Assembly: GCA_030059665.1 (NCBI GenBank)
Contig: JANVYR010000001.1
Location: 32,001-96,000 of the forward strand
Reading direction: 5' to 3'
Length of the DNA: 64,000 bases
Origin: Candidatus Calditenuis fumarioli
Lineage (GTDB): Archaea; Thermoproteota; Nitrososphaeria_A; Caldarchaeales; Calditenuaceae
Shown here: piece after piece, positions 26,595 to 36,470 of the stretch
How the letters are laid out: each line of letters starts with the position of its first letter
Numbering within the stretch: the stretch's first letter is position 1
Notes under the pieces: generated by a model
Databases searched by the model: none
What the model saw: the letters and a program-made list of their open reading frames with translations, nothing else
What the model was told of the DNA's origin: nothing
Position numbers and translations under genes: made by a program

Positions 26595-29171
26595 TTGCGG
26601 GGATCATCAGGTCCCTCCGTCGCCTCGTTCGCGCTTCTGGTGTTCTCCCTTCTGCTGGCTCTCGGTTCGCTGGTCCTCCTCACCGAGCCCGCGTCCGCAC
26701 AGCCCAGGTGGAGCTTCCGCGCCAACGTAACCGGCACGCTCTACCCAGGAGAGGAAGGGACGATCCTCGTCTCGGTGATGAACACCGAGTGCGTGAACAG
26801 GGTCCGGATGGCCAAGCTCGACTACACCAGGCACGACTTCGTCAGGAACGTCGAGGAGCCCCAGATCGAGGCCATCAGGGCAAGGCTCGAGGAGCTGAAG
26901 GGGCTGAACCTCATCGGGAACTATCTGATCGCAGAGAATTCAAGCCAGCTCTTCGGGAGCGTCGTCCGGTTCAACCTAACGGTCTTCGTCTACGACTACT
27001 GCACGGGCCGTAACGCTCAGGTCCAGAAGGCCAGGGTCTGGTTCACATGGCCGGGTTACGGCAGGTCCTACAGCTCCGAGGTCGTCGTGGGGAGGACGCT
27101 ACCGCCGTTCGACGTGCTCGGGTACGTCGTCACCGGCTCCACCTCAGGCTTCAGGATCGACCTCTCGTTCGCATTCAAGGTGCCGAAGGACATCGACTCG
27201 GAGCTCCTGGTGCCCTCCACCCCGGTCGTCGAGCTGGACGCGGTCGTCACAAGGGATCAGTACACCTTCGGAGGGCCGTTCGGTCTGAGGGAGGTCGTGG
27301 TGACCGGATCGGTCAGGATAGAGCCGTTCAGGACCTTCGAGCTCCTGATCACCGACAGCTACGGCGAGAGGCCACTGCCTTCTGCGACTCTTCGGCTACA
27401 GGCCCACGTCTACCCCTTCTCGCTCGAGCTCCGAACGGGACCTGACGGTAGGCTATTGATCAGGAGGCTCCCCGACCAGTACAGCTACAGGGCCTACGTG
27501 CTCTTCCAGACACCGGTCGTAGAGGAGCCGATCACGGTAGCCGTGCTCGACGTCGAAGCGAGGGAACTTGCGGCTTCCGGAACCATCAGGACCGAACTGT
27601 ACACGGTGAGGGTCTCCGTGCGGGACTCGAAGGGCAAGCCTGTCCAGGGAGCTGACGTGACCCTTTCGCCGATCGAGGTGATCTACGCCAAGGAATGGAG
27701 GCCGGTTTCGGTGACCACGACCGGTGAAGGCAAGGCCGAGTTCCCGCTGATATCTCGAGGCAACTACTCGGTCTCCGTCAGAAGACTCGGGATCGAGGTC
27801 TTCAGCTCCTCGCTCTACGTGGGATATCACCCGACGTACGGCTTCAGGGAGCCAAACCTGGACGCGGTCGCGAGGCTCGACGACCTGAAGGTCTCGGTGG
27901 TGGACGGCAAGGGGAGGCCGGTGCCCGCGAACGTGGAGGTCATGATGTCCCCAAGCGGAGAGGTCCTCGCCTCGCTCACCGCACCCGATGGGAAGGTCCT
28001 TCTGGCCCAGATCCCCGTGATCGATTACCGCATCAGGGTCAGCGTCAAGTCGTCGCTGGGAACGGCGCTGGTCAGCGAGGCCACCGCGAGGCCTGGCGAT
28101 GGCGAGGGTGTTACGGTCCGGATGCCTTTGTTCAGGGTGAGGCTCGAGGCCCGAACCGCAGACGGCAGGCCCCTGCCGGAGGGAACGGTCAGGGTCGACG
28201 GCGCGAGCTTCGAGTTAGTGGGCGGCTCGATAGCTCTGGACCTGGTCCCTGAGGGACCACACCGGATCTCGGTCACGTTCAGGGGAGCGGAGGTCTTCAC
28301 GGGCGAGCTCGTGGTCGCTGACGACCAGGAACGGGTGCTCCCGGCATCGGTCTACAGGCTGGATCTGAGCTTCGTGGACGCCGAGGGGAACCCTGTCGAC
28401 GTCTCGTGGCGTGCATCGGGGGCCGGCCTCAGAAAGGAGGGCACAGGCCGCTCCGTTACGCTCGATCTAGTCCCGGACGTTCAGCTCGAGCTCTCCGTGA
28501 CCTACCGCTTCCTCAACACGAGCGCGGATCTGCTGCGGCTGACCGAAAGGGTCTCGTCCCTCGCGAAGGAGGACCGGCTGGTTCTGCCGCTGGCGAGGCT
28601 CAGGGTCTCGGTGGTCTGGGACTACGGCGCGCCCTTCTCAGGTTCCATCTCCCTGACATATGGGAACGCATCCGTGACAGGCCAGGTGAGGAACGGCGAG
28701 TTCTCCACAGGAGTTCCAGTCCCCTTCGGCAACTACTCCTTCAGGGTCGCTGACGGTTTCGGAAACGTCCTGAGCTCGGGCGTCGTCCATCACCGTGGCG
28801 AGACCATCAGGATCACCGTGAGGACCGTCCGGATCGCGGTGGACGTGATAGACCTGTTCGGCACGCCTGTTCCGGGAGCCAACGTCAGGGTCCTCCTCGG
28901 ACCATCTCCCTACCGCATGGGTATCACCGATCTGACCGGAAGGGTCGAGTTCACGGGCCTTCCCGAGCGCCTCTCCCCGTATGTGGTGGAGGTAACCGTC
29001 AGGGATTACGTGGAGCGCAAAATGGTGTCCGCGTCATCAACCTTCACCGTCCCCTACGTCCGCGTGCTGGACTCGCTGCTGTCGTTGCTCGAACTCGGAA
29101 TCGTTGCTGTTGCCGTCTTAGCCGCCAGTGCCGCACTGGCATTATACTCTATCCGGCGACCAAGGTCCTGA
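26595..29171 (+). CDS. Large surface protein: signal peptide, tandem beta-sandwich (carboxypeptidase-regulatory-like) repeats, C-terminal TM anchor
   Basis: Hydrophobic N-terminus ending ASAQ; repeated V.V.D..G.P..GA.V..T...G.. units; C-terminal TM followed by RRPRS. Confidence 0.75.
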   Translation: MRGSSGPSVASFALLVFSLLLALGSLVLLTEPASAQPRWSFRANVTGTLYPGEEGTILVSVMNTECVNRVRMAKLDYTRHDFVRNVEEPQIEAIRARLEELKGLNLIGNYLIAENSSQLFGSVVRFNLTVFVYDYCTGRNAQVQKARVWFTWPGYGRSYSSEVVVGRTLPPFDVLGYVVTGSTSGFRIDLSFAFKVPKDIDSELLVPSTPVVELDAVVTRDQYTFGGPFGLREVVVTGSVRIEPFRTFELLITDSYGERPLPSATLRLQAHVYPFSLELRTGPDGRLLIRRLPDQYSYRAYVLFQTPVVEEPITVAVLDVEARELAASGTIRTELYTVRVSVRDSKGKPVQGADVTLSPIEVIYAKEWRPVSVTTTGEGKAEFPLISRGNYSVSVRRLGIEVFSSSLYVGYHPTYGFREPNLDAVARLDDLKVSVVDGKGRPVPANVEVMMSPSGEVLASLTAPDGKVLLAQIPVIDYRIRVSVKSSLGTALVSEATARPGDGEGVTVRMPLFRVRLEARTADGRPLPEGTVRVDGASFELVGGSIALDLVPEGPHRISVTFRGAEVFTGELVVADDQERVLPASVYRLDLSFVDAEGNPVDVSWRASGAGLRKEGTGRSVTLDLVPDVQLELSVTYRFLNTSADLLRLTERVSSLAKEDRLVLPLARLRVSVVWDYGAPFSGSISLTYGNASVTGQVRNGEFSTGVPVPFGNYSFRVADGFGNVLSSGVVHHRGETIRITVRTVRIAVDVIDLFGTPVPGANVRVLLGPSPYRMGITDLTGRVEFTGLPERLSPYVVEVTVRDYVERKMVSASSTFTVPYVRVLDSLLSLLELGIVAVAVLAASAALALYSIRRPRS

Positions 29172-29348
29172 ACTCCGACGGTCATATCCGGGAATTGGTT
29201 TCCTGAGGTCCTACGGAATTTTTGGGAAAGGTCATGTGATCCGCAGGGAATCCTCGTATATCATCCCGCATCTGACAATAATATGGTGCTGGTGGGCGAA
29301 ATCTATCACGGTTATAGTGGGTTTGTGGCCAATTGAGCCCGAAGACCG

Positions 29349-30470
29349 ATGCAGAGGTTCGTAGAGTACGTCTCGAGCTACGAACTCGAGGGCGGTTGGA
29401 AAACTGAGAAGAGGAAAAGCCACCCACTCCACTCCCTATGCTCACGGACCGGTTCCTTCCCACCGGCTTTGGCGAGGTGGTACATCGAGCGCTGCTCGGC
29501 ACCTGGAGGCGTTGTGTTGGACCCGTTCTCCGGGAAGGGGACGGCGCCCCTGGAGGCTTGCCTGGGAGGCAGAATAGGCATCGGCAACGACCTAGCGCCC
29601 GAGGCGTACATCCTGACCAGGGCTAAGGTGAGGCCGGTGACGTTCGGGGAGGTGAAGGGGTGGGTTGAGAGGAACAGGCGCTTCATCGAGGGCTACAGAT
29701 CCTCCGATGCTCCGGAGGAGGTGGAGGTCTTCTACAGCAGGAGGACGCTCAGGCAGATACTCGCCGTCAGGGAGCTGCTGAGGGAACCTGAGGAGGACGT
29801 GGACTGGTTCGTGAGCGCGGTGATGCTGGGAATCCTGCACGGCTCATCCAGCGACTCGCTATCGGTCAAGTGCTCCCACTCCTTCTCGATGTCGCCCGGA
29901 TACGTCAAGAGGTCGGTCAGGGAGCTGCGCCTTAGGAAGCCGGAGAGGAACGTTCCCGATTGCATCCTGATGAGGGCGAGGAGGGTGCTCTGCGAGGGGA
30001 TCCCGAGCGTGAGGGGTGATGCGTTCAACGTCGACGCCAGGTCGCTGCCTCTCGGAGACGAGTCGGTGGACCTGATCGTGACCTCGCCGCCCTACTTCAG
30101 CATGCAGACCTACGCGTGGGACAACTGGCTCAGGCTTTGGTTCCTCGGCCACGACTACCGTGAGGTAGCCAAGAGGCTCTTCCACACCAGCTCCGTCCCC
30201 AAGTTCCTCGAGTTCATGGAGGAGGTCCTCAGGGAGTCGCACAGGGTCCTGAAAAGGGGAGGAGCCTGTGTCCTGGTCCTCGGCGTGGTCAGGTTGAAGG
30301 GGGTGCTGATCAACATGGCGGAACTCCTCCTCCCCGTCGCGGAGAGGGTCGGGTTTGAACCGATCAGGATAGTGGCCGACGAGATACCGAAGGAGCGGAA
30401 GTACCTGATGTACCTGGACAGGTCGCAGGGCGTGGGGAGGGAGGTGGTCCTGGAGCTGAGGAAAAGGTGA
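29349..30470 (+). CDS. DNA methyltransferase (amino-MTase; motif I before motif IV)
   Basis: H.LH...GSFPP, VLDPFSGKGT, VDLIVTSPPY, RVLKRGG. Confidence 0.88.
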   Translation: MQRFVEYVSSYELEGGWKTEKRKSHPLHSLCSRTGSFPPALARWYIERCSAPGGVVLDPFSGKGTAPLEACLGGRIGIGNDLAPEAYILTRAKVRPVTFGEVKGWVERNRRFIEGYRSSDAPEEVEVFYSRRTLRQILAVRELLREPEEDVDWFVSAVMLGILHGSSSDSLSVKCSHSFSMSPGYVKRSVRELRLRKPERNVPDCILMRARRVLCEGIPSVRGDAFNVDARSLPLGDESVDLIVTSPPYFSMQTYAWDNWLRLWFLGHDYREVAKRLFHTSSVPKFLEFMEEVLRESHRVLKRGGACVLVLGVVRLKGVLINMAELLLPVAERVGFEPIRIVADEIPKERKYLMYLDRSQGVGREVVLELRKR

Positions 30471-31597
30471 TGGACGTGATCGTGGAGACGCACGGAGAGG
30501 TCTGCCGCCTCGGATACCTCAGGGCCATCACGGCGATAGCCGCATCCCTCGGTGAGGGCACCACCCTGGAGTACATAGCGGCCATGCTCCACAGCCTCGT
30601 GCAGAGCACCCCGCTCGTCGACCAGTCCGAGGAGAAGTTGACCGGCTTCATCAGGAACCCGGTGACCGCGAGGAACTACGTCACCCTGGCGAGGGACCTG
30701 GGCTTCGTCGGCGGCGAGAGGACCGGCGGGCTCGGAACATGGGGTAGGATATACATGGCGATGAAGTCGTCGGCGAAGTTCTCGGCGTACGTCAGGGGAG
30801 ACGTGAAGCTGAGCCACAGGGACCTGATATCGCTCAACCCGGTCGAGAAGTTCCTGATGCTGTACGTCGTCCTCCAGCGAGACCACCTGATGACGAAGAG
30901 GCTCCTCGAGTTCGCGATCGAGAGGGGCGAGTTCACCAGGAACGAGGCGATGATCTTCCTGATGGAGGAGGTCTACCCGGAGGTTTTGAGGACGCTGATG
31001 AGCTCGGCCGGGAAGAGGAGGAGGGCGGAGCTGATGCAGAAGCTTGAGGAGGCCCAGCGCTTCAGGGAGCTCAGGGAGAGCTTCGGGAGGAAGTCCGAGT
31101 GGATCAGGTCCCCGCTATACGCGAAGTACCGGCACGTCGCACCTCCGAGGCTCGAGTGGCTGGTGGACCTCGACCTGCTATCGAAGGTGAGGCGCGGAAG
31201 GTATGCGGTCTCAGAGCTCCTCAGGAACAACTCCTCCATTTTCAGGAAGGTGCTGGGCTTCCCGCCCTCCTCGCTCCCTGACCAGCTCTTCGCCAACATC
31301 GCACCCGTTTACCTGAAGTACGTGAAGTCGCCTCCCAGGGGCATGTCGCTCCAGGCACTGCTGACAGCGTTCCGGCAGCTCTCGAGGGACGGGAGGGAGC
31401 CGGTGAACGTCAAGACGCTCGAGGTCGCAACCTCCTTCCTGCTGCTGGAGAACAACCTGCTGATGACGCCGAAGGAGGCGCACGAGTTCCTGAACGGCCT
31501 ATCGCTGATCCACTCGGACAAGATCTTCATGACGCCGATGGAGGACGGCCTTTACATCACCCGCATCGCGCTGAGGGAGACGGACCTCACCACCTAA
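30467..31597 (+). CDS. Hypothetical protein, probable multi-winged-helix DNA-binding protein coupled to the MTase
   Basis: GTGA start/stop overlap; host-like codon usage; wHTH-like segments ARNYVTLARDLGFV and RLEWLVDLDLL. Confidence 0.65.
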   Translation: MMDVIVETHGEVCRLGYLRAITAIAASLGEGTTLEYIAAMLHSLVQSTPLVDQSEEKLTGFIRNPVTARNYVTLARDLGFVGGERTGGLGTWGRIYMAMKSSAKFSAYVRGDVKLSHRDLISLNPVEKFLMLYVVLQRDHLMTKRLLEFAIERGEFTRNEAMIFLMEEVYPEVLRTLMSSAGKRRRAELMQKLEEAQRFRELRESFGRKSEWIRSPLYAKYRHVAPPRLEWLVDLDLLSKVRRGRYAVSELLRNNSSIFRKVLGFPPSSLPDQLFANIAPVYLKYVKSPPRGMSLQALLTAFRQLSRDGREPVNVKTLEVATSFLLLENNLLMTPKEAHEFLNGLSLIHSDKIFMTPMEDGLYITRIALRETDLTT

Positions 31598-32151
31598 GCG
31601 ATGGACCTGAGGTTCCTGATCAGCTCCCTGACCGCTTTGGCCCTGTGCGACCTGAGGTTCTTCTCCTCGGGAGTCATCTCCGCGAAGGTCCGCTCCGACC
31701 CTTCTGGAACGAAGACCGGATCGAACCCGAACCCGCCGGTGCCCCTCGGACTCTCCGCTATGAAGCCCCTCACCTCGCCGAGGAAGACGCTCACCTTGCC
31801 CTCCCGGTCGACGTGGGCGACGGCGGACCTGAAGACGGCCGACCTGTCCCGGGCACCTCGCATCAGCCGTAGCAACCCATCGATGCCGATGGTCCTGAAG
31901 ACGTACGAGGAATAGGGTCCAGGGAAGCCGTTCAGCGCCTCCACGAAGAGCCCAGCGTCCTCCACGACCACGTCTCCCCCGAACTTCGCGTAGGCGTCGA
32001 GGGCCGAGGTCCTGGCGATCTCCGCCAGATCGTCGGACTGGATCTCGAGGACGCGGGCGTTGATCCGCTCCACCCTGACGGAGTGCTCCGCGAAGACCAG
32101 CGAGACCTCGAGCCACTTGCCGTCGTTGGTGGTTACGAACCTCAGGACCAA
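31594..32151 (-). CDS. rdgB: Non-canonical purine NTP pyrophosphatase (RdgB/HAM1)
   Basis: FVTTN.GK, EIQ, VEDAGL, GFPGPYS, GFGFDPVF, K...SHRAKA. Confidence 0.95.
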   Translation of the reverse strand: MVLRFVTTNDGKWLEVSLVFAEHSVRVERINARVLEIQSDDLAEIARTSALDAYAKFGGDVVVEDAGLFVEALNGFPGPYSSYVFRTIGIDGLLRLMRGARDRSAVFRSAVAHVDREGKVSVFLGEVRGFIAESPRGTGGFGFDPVFVPEGSERTFAEMTPEEKNLRSHRAKAVRELIRNLRSIA

Positions 32152-32161
32152 CCCGGCCCCC

Positions 32162-32641
32162 TCAGCCGCCGTAGTACCAGCCGGTGTCCCACATGACGAG
32201 GTACCGGTCTGCCTGCCTCACGAGCTCGCCGTCGACCACCTTACCCACGTAGATCACGTGGTCTCCCTGATCGACCTTCTCGACCACCTGACACTCGAAC
32301 CAGGCAGGGCACTCCTCCAGAACCGGCAGAGAGAGGGTCCTGGAGAGCCTGAACGGGTGGCCGTTGATGTTGTTCCCCTCCACCTTGACGGGCTTGAAGA
32401 AGTCGGCTGCGAGCTGCTTCTGGTCGGCCGAGAGGACGTTCACCGCGAAGGACCTGGAACTCTCTACGGCTCGCTGGAGGCCGCTATCGCGTTTGAGCGC
32501 CACCACCACCAGCGGCGGGTTGAAGCTCGTCTGCGTCAGGAAGTTCACCGTGGCCGCGGAGAGCTCACCACCGGACCTGCTCGTGACGACGTACAGCCCG
32601 TATGTCAGGGTCCTGAGGGCCTTCCTGAACGCCTCCGACAC
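32162..32641 (-). CDS. Flavin reductase-like FMN-binding protein
   Basis: FRKALR..TYGLYVVT, Q.SFNPP, FAVNVL..DQ, GDH.IYVG, YGG. Confidence 0.88.
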   Translation of the reverse strand: MSEAFRKALRTLTYGLYVVTSRSGGELSAATVNFLTQTSFNPPLVVVALKRDSGLQRAVESSRSFAVNVLSADQKQLAADFFKPVKVEGNNINGHPFRLSRTLSLPVLEECPAWFECQVVEKVDQGDHVIYVGKVVDGELVRQADRYLVMWDTGWYYGG

Positions 32642-32690
32642 GCATCAGGACCGCGGGGGCCGCACTTCAACCTTAGCCGATTACTCCGCA

Positions 32691-33350
32691 TCAGTCCTCT
32701 ACCCTCTCCACGTACCTCCCCCTCGCCCTGATCTCCTCGACCCTCTCCAGCACCTCCCTCGTCCTGAGGGGGCCAGCCACCTCCTCGTAGCCCGACCTGA
32801 AGGACTCCATGAAGGCGTCGGCGATCTCCGGGTAGCCGGACCTTAGGCTCCGGTCGAGGAGGTGGTAATCGATCGCGTGCTCCTCGATGTCTGGGGAGTG
32901 CCCCGAGAGGCCGAAGTCGATCAGGTAGGGCTTGCCGCGCTGAACGATCACGTTGGAAGGCACCAGGTCTCCGTGGTAGAGCTCGGCGGAGTGGAGACGA
33001 GCGACGTAGGCGCCGAGGGCCCTCGCAATGGACGGTATGTCGCCCTCCCGTCTACTCAGAACCGACCTCAGGTCGTCGCCGAGGACGTACTGCATGTAGA
33101 TCGTTGATGTGGAGAGCTCCAAATGGACGACGGAGGGACACGGAACGCCCAACCGCTTCGCCCTGTGCATGATCCTCGCCTCCCGCTCCGTCCGCTCGGT
33201 CCTGATCTGGTGGTCGACCTCCGGCCTCCTGTAGGGCTTGGGGACCCTGGTCTTCGCGACGAGCAGCAGGCCGTTCCACCGGACGAGCCTCACCACCGCC
33301 TCCGCGCCCACCTGAAGCACCCTCAGCTCCTCGAAGGGTCCGCCATCCAA
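32691..33350 (-). CDS. bud32: KEOPS kinase Bud32
   Basis: GAEA, K.RVPKPYR, RT.REA, HGDL..SN, LIDFGL, RGRY. Confidence 0.93.
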   Translation of the reverse strand: MDGGPFEELRVLQVGAEAVVRLVRWNGLLLVAKTRVPKPYRRPEVDHQIRTERTEREARIMHRAKRLGVPCPSVVHLELSTSTIYMQYVLGDDLRSVLSRREGDIPSIARALGAYVARLHSAELYHGDLVPSNVIVQRGKPYLIDFGLSGHSPDIEEHAIDYHLLDRSLRSGYPEIADAFMESFRSGYEEVAGPLRTREVLERVEEIRARGRYVERVED

Positions 33351-34327
33351 GGGACTTCCACCTCGTCTATCCTGTACCTAGGCCTCACCCTGCTCTCCTC
33401 TATCGGAACCGTCATGCCGTGGAGGTACATCAGGAGACCTGTCCAGGCGATCATGGCCCCGTTGTCGCCGAGCAGGTCGTCGGGTATCTGACGGAACGAG
33501 GCGCCGTGCAGCCCGACCATCCTGGAGACCATCTCGGAGAGCCGCCTGCTCCTCGCCAGCCCTCCCACCACCAGGACCTCCTTCTTCCCGGTCAGGGCAA
33601 GGGCGCGCTCCAGGACCTCGGTCAGCATCGAGTAAACGGCCTCGGTGAGCGAGAGGCAGAGGTCCTCGACCCTGTGGCCGGTCCTTGCGAGGGAGAGGGC
33701 CCGCGTGAGGAGGCCGCTGAAGGAGACGTCCATGCCCTTCACTTTCATCGGCAGGGGCACGTACCTCTCTCCCCTTGAGGCCAGCAGCTCCGGCGCAGGC
33801 ATCGGTCCTATCCCGACCTTGATGCCGAAGGCGTCGAGGCAGTTTCCCGCCGCTATGTCGAGCGTCTCACCGAGTATCCTGTACCTTCCCGCGTTGTGGG
33901 TGGTCACCAGCGTGTTCCCTCCTGCCACGTAGAGCACCACCGGGTCCCTGAAGCCGGTCGACAGCCGGCCGATCTCGATGTGGGCCACTCCGTGGTTGAC
34001 CGCGACCAGAGGCCTGTTGAGGCGGTACGCCAGAGCCCTCGCGACGGTCGCACCGGTCCTCAGGCAGGGCCCGAGACCAGGTCCTGCGGTGAAGGCAACC
34101 GCGTCGACCTCCCTCAGCCCGATCCCCGCCCTCTCGAGGGCCCTCTCTAGGACCTCGTGGGCCACCGAGGCGTGGTGCTGCGCCGCCTCCCTCGGGTGTA
34201 TCCCGGAGTCAACCGGCCTGTAAACCGCCAGCTCGTTCGCGAGTATCCTTCCGGAGGAGGTGGCTACGCCGACGCCGAAGGTGTGGGCCGACGACTCGAT
34301 CCCGAGGCAGATCACCTCTCCGCGCAA
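33323..34327 (-). CDS. kae1: KEOPS t6A synthase Kae1
   Basis: LGIESSAHT.GVG, GIHPREAAQHH, GPGLGPCL, VNHGVAHIEIG, GETLDIAAGN, DNGAMIA. Confidence 0.96.
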   Translation of the reverse strand: MRGEVICLGIESSAHTFGVGVATSSGRILANELAVYRPVDSGIHPREAAQHHASVAHEVLERALERAGIGLREVDAVAFTAGPGLGPCLRTGATVARALAYRLNRPLVAVNHGVAHIEIGRLSTGFRDPVVLYVAGGNTLVTTHNAGRYRILGETLDIAAGNCLDAFGIKVGIGPMPAPELLASRGERYVPLPMKVKGMDVSFSGLLTRALSLARTGHRVEDLCLSLTEAVYSMLTEVLERALALTGKKEVLVVGGLARSRRLSEMVSRMVGLHGASFRQIPDDLLGDNGAMIAWTGLLMYLHGMTVPIEESRVRPRYRIDEVEVPWMADPSRS

Positions 34328-34421
34328 ACCCTCCTGGAGACGGATCGGCTGGGCCGGTCATAAGGTCATTCCGGAAGAGCTCGGAACTAAATTATGGGAA
34401 GTAGGCGGTGGGTGAGGAAGG

Positions 34422-35138
34422 ATGCGGACGATGCTGAAGGTCGAGGGCCTGAGGTCCGGGTACGGAGGGTCGGAGGTCCTGCACGGGGTCTCGCTCGAGG
34501 TGCACGAGGACGAGGTGGTCTCGGTGATAGGCCCGAACGGCGCCGGGAAGTCGACGCTGCTCCTGACGATCGCCGGGATAGTTCGGCCTCACGAGGGCAG
34601 GATCCTCTACGACGGCGTTGACGTGACGTCGCTACCGGTCCACGAGCGGGTGAGGAGGGGTCTGGTCCTCTGCCCGGAGCGTAGGAGGCTCTTCCCGGAG
34701 ATGACGGTCGGTGAGAACCTCCTGGCCGGAGCCTACCTGAGAAGGGACAGGGAGGGCGTGAGGAGGGACCTGGAGAAGGTCTTCGAGATCTTCCCGTTCA
34801 TCAGGGAGAGGTGGAACCAGATGGCGGGAACCCTCAGCGGCGGCGAGCAGCAGATGGTCGCCATCGCGAGGGCCCTCATGTCCAGGCCGAGGCTACTGAT
34901 GTTGGACGAGCCGAGCGTGGGGCTGGCGCCGGTGATGAAGGTGACCGTCTTCGAGAAGGTAAGGGAGATCCGGGAGAGGGAGGGGATACCGGTGCTGGTC
35001 GTGGAGCAGGACGCTTACCTTGCCATGTCGGTCTCCGACAGGACCTACGTCCTCGAGAGCGGCTCGGTCGTCCTCGAGGGGAGGTCGTCGGAGCTCATGT
35101 CGAACGACGACGTCAAGTCCCGTTACCTCGGCCTCTGA
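34422..35138 (+). CDS. livF: Branched-chain amino acid ABC ATPase (isolated)
   Basis: GPNGAGKST, PERRRLFP.MTV.ENL, LSGGEQQM.AIARAL, LDEPS.GLAP, VEQ, YLG. Confidence 0.9.
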   Translation: MRTMLKVEGLRSGYGGSEVLHGVSLEVHEDEVVSVIGPNGAGKSTLLLTIAGIVRPHEGRILYDGVDVTSLPVHERVRRGLVLCPERRRLFPEMTVGENLLAGAYLRRDREGVRRDLEKVFEIFPFIRERWNQMAGTLSGGEQQMVAIARALMSRPRLLMLDEPSVGLAPVMKVTVFEKVREIREREGIPVLVVEQDAYLAMSVSDRTYVLESGSVVLEGRSSELMSNDDVKSRYLGL

Positions 35139-35150
35139 GGGAGTCCTCCC

Positions 35151-36470
35151 TCACCTCAAAGCCTCCACCACCTCCTGGGCCTCCTCCAGCAGCGCCTCCA
35201 CGTCAACCCCCACAAGACTGTGGTCGCGGACCACGAACTCGCCGGCGACGATCAGGTGCTCTGCGGTCGAGGTGATGTCGCCGTACGCGAGGGCCTGTAC
35301 CGGGTCGCCAAGGGGCAGGAGCCCCACGGATCTTCGCAGGTCGAAGACCGCCAGGTCAGCGGGACCGCCCACCGTGATCCTCCCCGCACCCCTGACGCCG
35401 GCGACCTCCGACGCACTGGTGGTTGTCAGCGAGAGGACGGAGCCTGACGAGAACGCGGCCGGGTCCGACGAGAGGTCCTTGAGGAGGAGAGCCAGGAACG
35501 CCGCCGCCCTGAGCGGGCTGAAGGACCTCGAGGATGGACCTCCGTCGGTCCCGACGCAGAGCCTCACTCCAGACCTGATCAGCTCGAGGTAACGGCCCTT
35601 GACCGAGAGGCCCTTTCCCTTCATCGCACCGGAGACCGGACAGACCACAACACCCGATCCGGACCGCGCTATCCTTGAGACGTCTTCGGAGTCGAGGTAT
35701 ACGGCATGGACCAAGACGGTGTCCCGGTCGAGGACGCCGAGCGACTCGAGGTACCGGATGGGCGTCATGCCTGTCCTGGAAGCGACCCGCTCGACTTCTG
35801 AGAGCGTCGATGCCGCGTGGACGTAGATCCGCCAACCCCTCTCCGAGGCAACCCTCTTCGCCTCCCTGATCAATTCGGGGGAGCAGGTGGACGCCGAGAT
35901 CGGCGCCAGGCCACAGCTCACCCTGCCCTTGAACTCGCCGACGGACCTCTCCAGCTCGTCCGCGACCCTGACGACCTCGTCCGGACTCGTCCTGTTGAAC
36001 TCGGGTAGGTCCCACAGCCAGGGACACAGGATCGACCTGAGCCTGATCCGCCTGAGCGCATCGAGGTGAGCGGAGAGGTGAACGTAACCGGCCTCGACAT
36101 AGAGCGAGACGCCCTGGAGGGCCATCGTCGCCAGCTGCAGCTCGACCGCTACCCGCTCCGCCCGCTCGTCAAGGGAAGCGTGGTAGGGCATCGCGTACCT
36201 CGCCATCCATTCGTCGGGTGCCACCGTGTCGGGGAAGAGGAAGGCCGCCAACCTCTCCCTCGAGTGGACGTGAGCGTCGATCAGCCCCGGCACCACAACC
36301 CTTCCCTTACCGCCCACGACGAGCTCCGGCCTGTGGGCCTCGATCACCTCCCTCGCGGGACCCAGACCGATAACCCTCCCCTGCTCGATCGCTACCGCGG
36401 CGTCCCTCAGCACCGGCGCGCCCGGATCCATCGCGACCACGTAATCGCCGACGACGCAGACCGTCCCCAT
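35151..36470 (-). CDS. Amidohydrolase (MTA/SAH deaminase / chlorohydrolase-like)
   Basis: PGLIDAHVH, HAA, LVHAV, GTDG, G.ITVG.PADL. Confidence 0.85.
   Translation of the reverse strand: MGTVCVVGDYVVAMDPGAPVLRDAAVAIEQGRVIGLGPAREVIEAHRPELVVGGKGRVVVPGLIDAHVHSRERLAAFLFPDTVAPDEWMARYAMPYHASLDERAERVAVELQLATMALQGVSLYVEAGYVHLSAHLDALRRIRLRSILCPWLWDLPEFNRTSPDEVVRVADELERSVGEFKGRVSCGLAPISASTCSPELIREAKRVASERGWRIYVHAASTLSEVERVASRTGMTPIRYLESLGVLDRDTVLVHAVYLDSEDVSRIARSGSGVVVCPVSGAMKGKGLSVKGRYLELIRSGVRLCVGTDGGPSSRSFSPLRAAAFLALLLKDLSSDPAAFSSGSVLSLTTTSASEVAGVRGAGRITVGGPADLAVFDLRRSVGLLPLGDPVQALAYGDITSTAEHLIVAGEFVVRDHSLVGVDVEALLEEAQEVVEALR

Noticed and set aside
15119-29197. Similar CCAAT/ATCCCGG/ATTGG-like words at 15119, 22344 and 29181
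   Set aside because: Only about 70% similar with variable spacing and inconsistent position relative to starts; not enough for a regulon call
32641-32694. C/D-like spacing (CTGATGC-11 nt-CTAA-TTGAAG-CTGA) and 8-bp direct repeat CGCATCAG between bud32 and the flavin reductase
   Set aside because: Three of four boxes are degenerate and the repeat overlaps a stop codon; no transposon evidence for a target-site duplication
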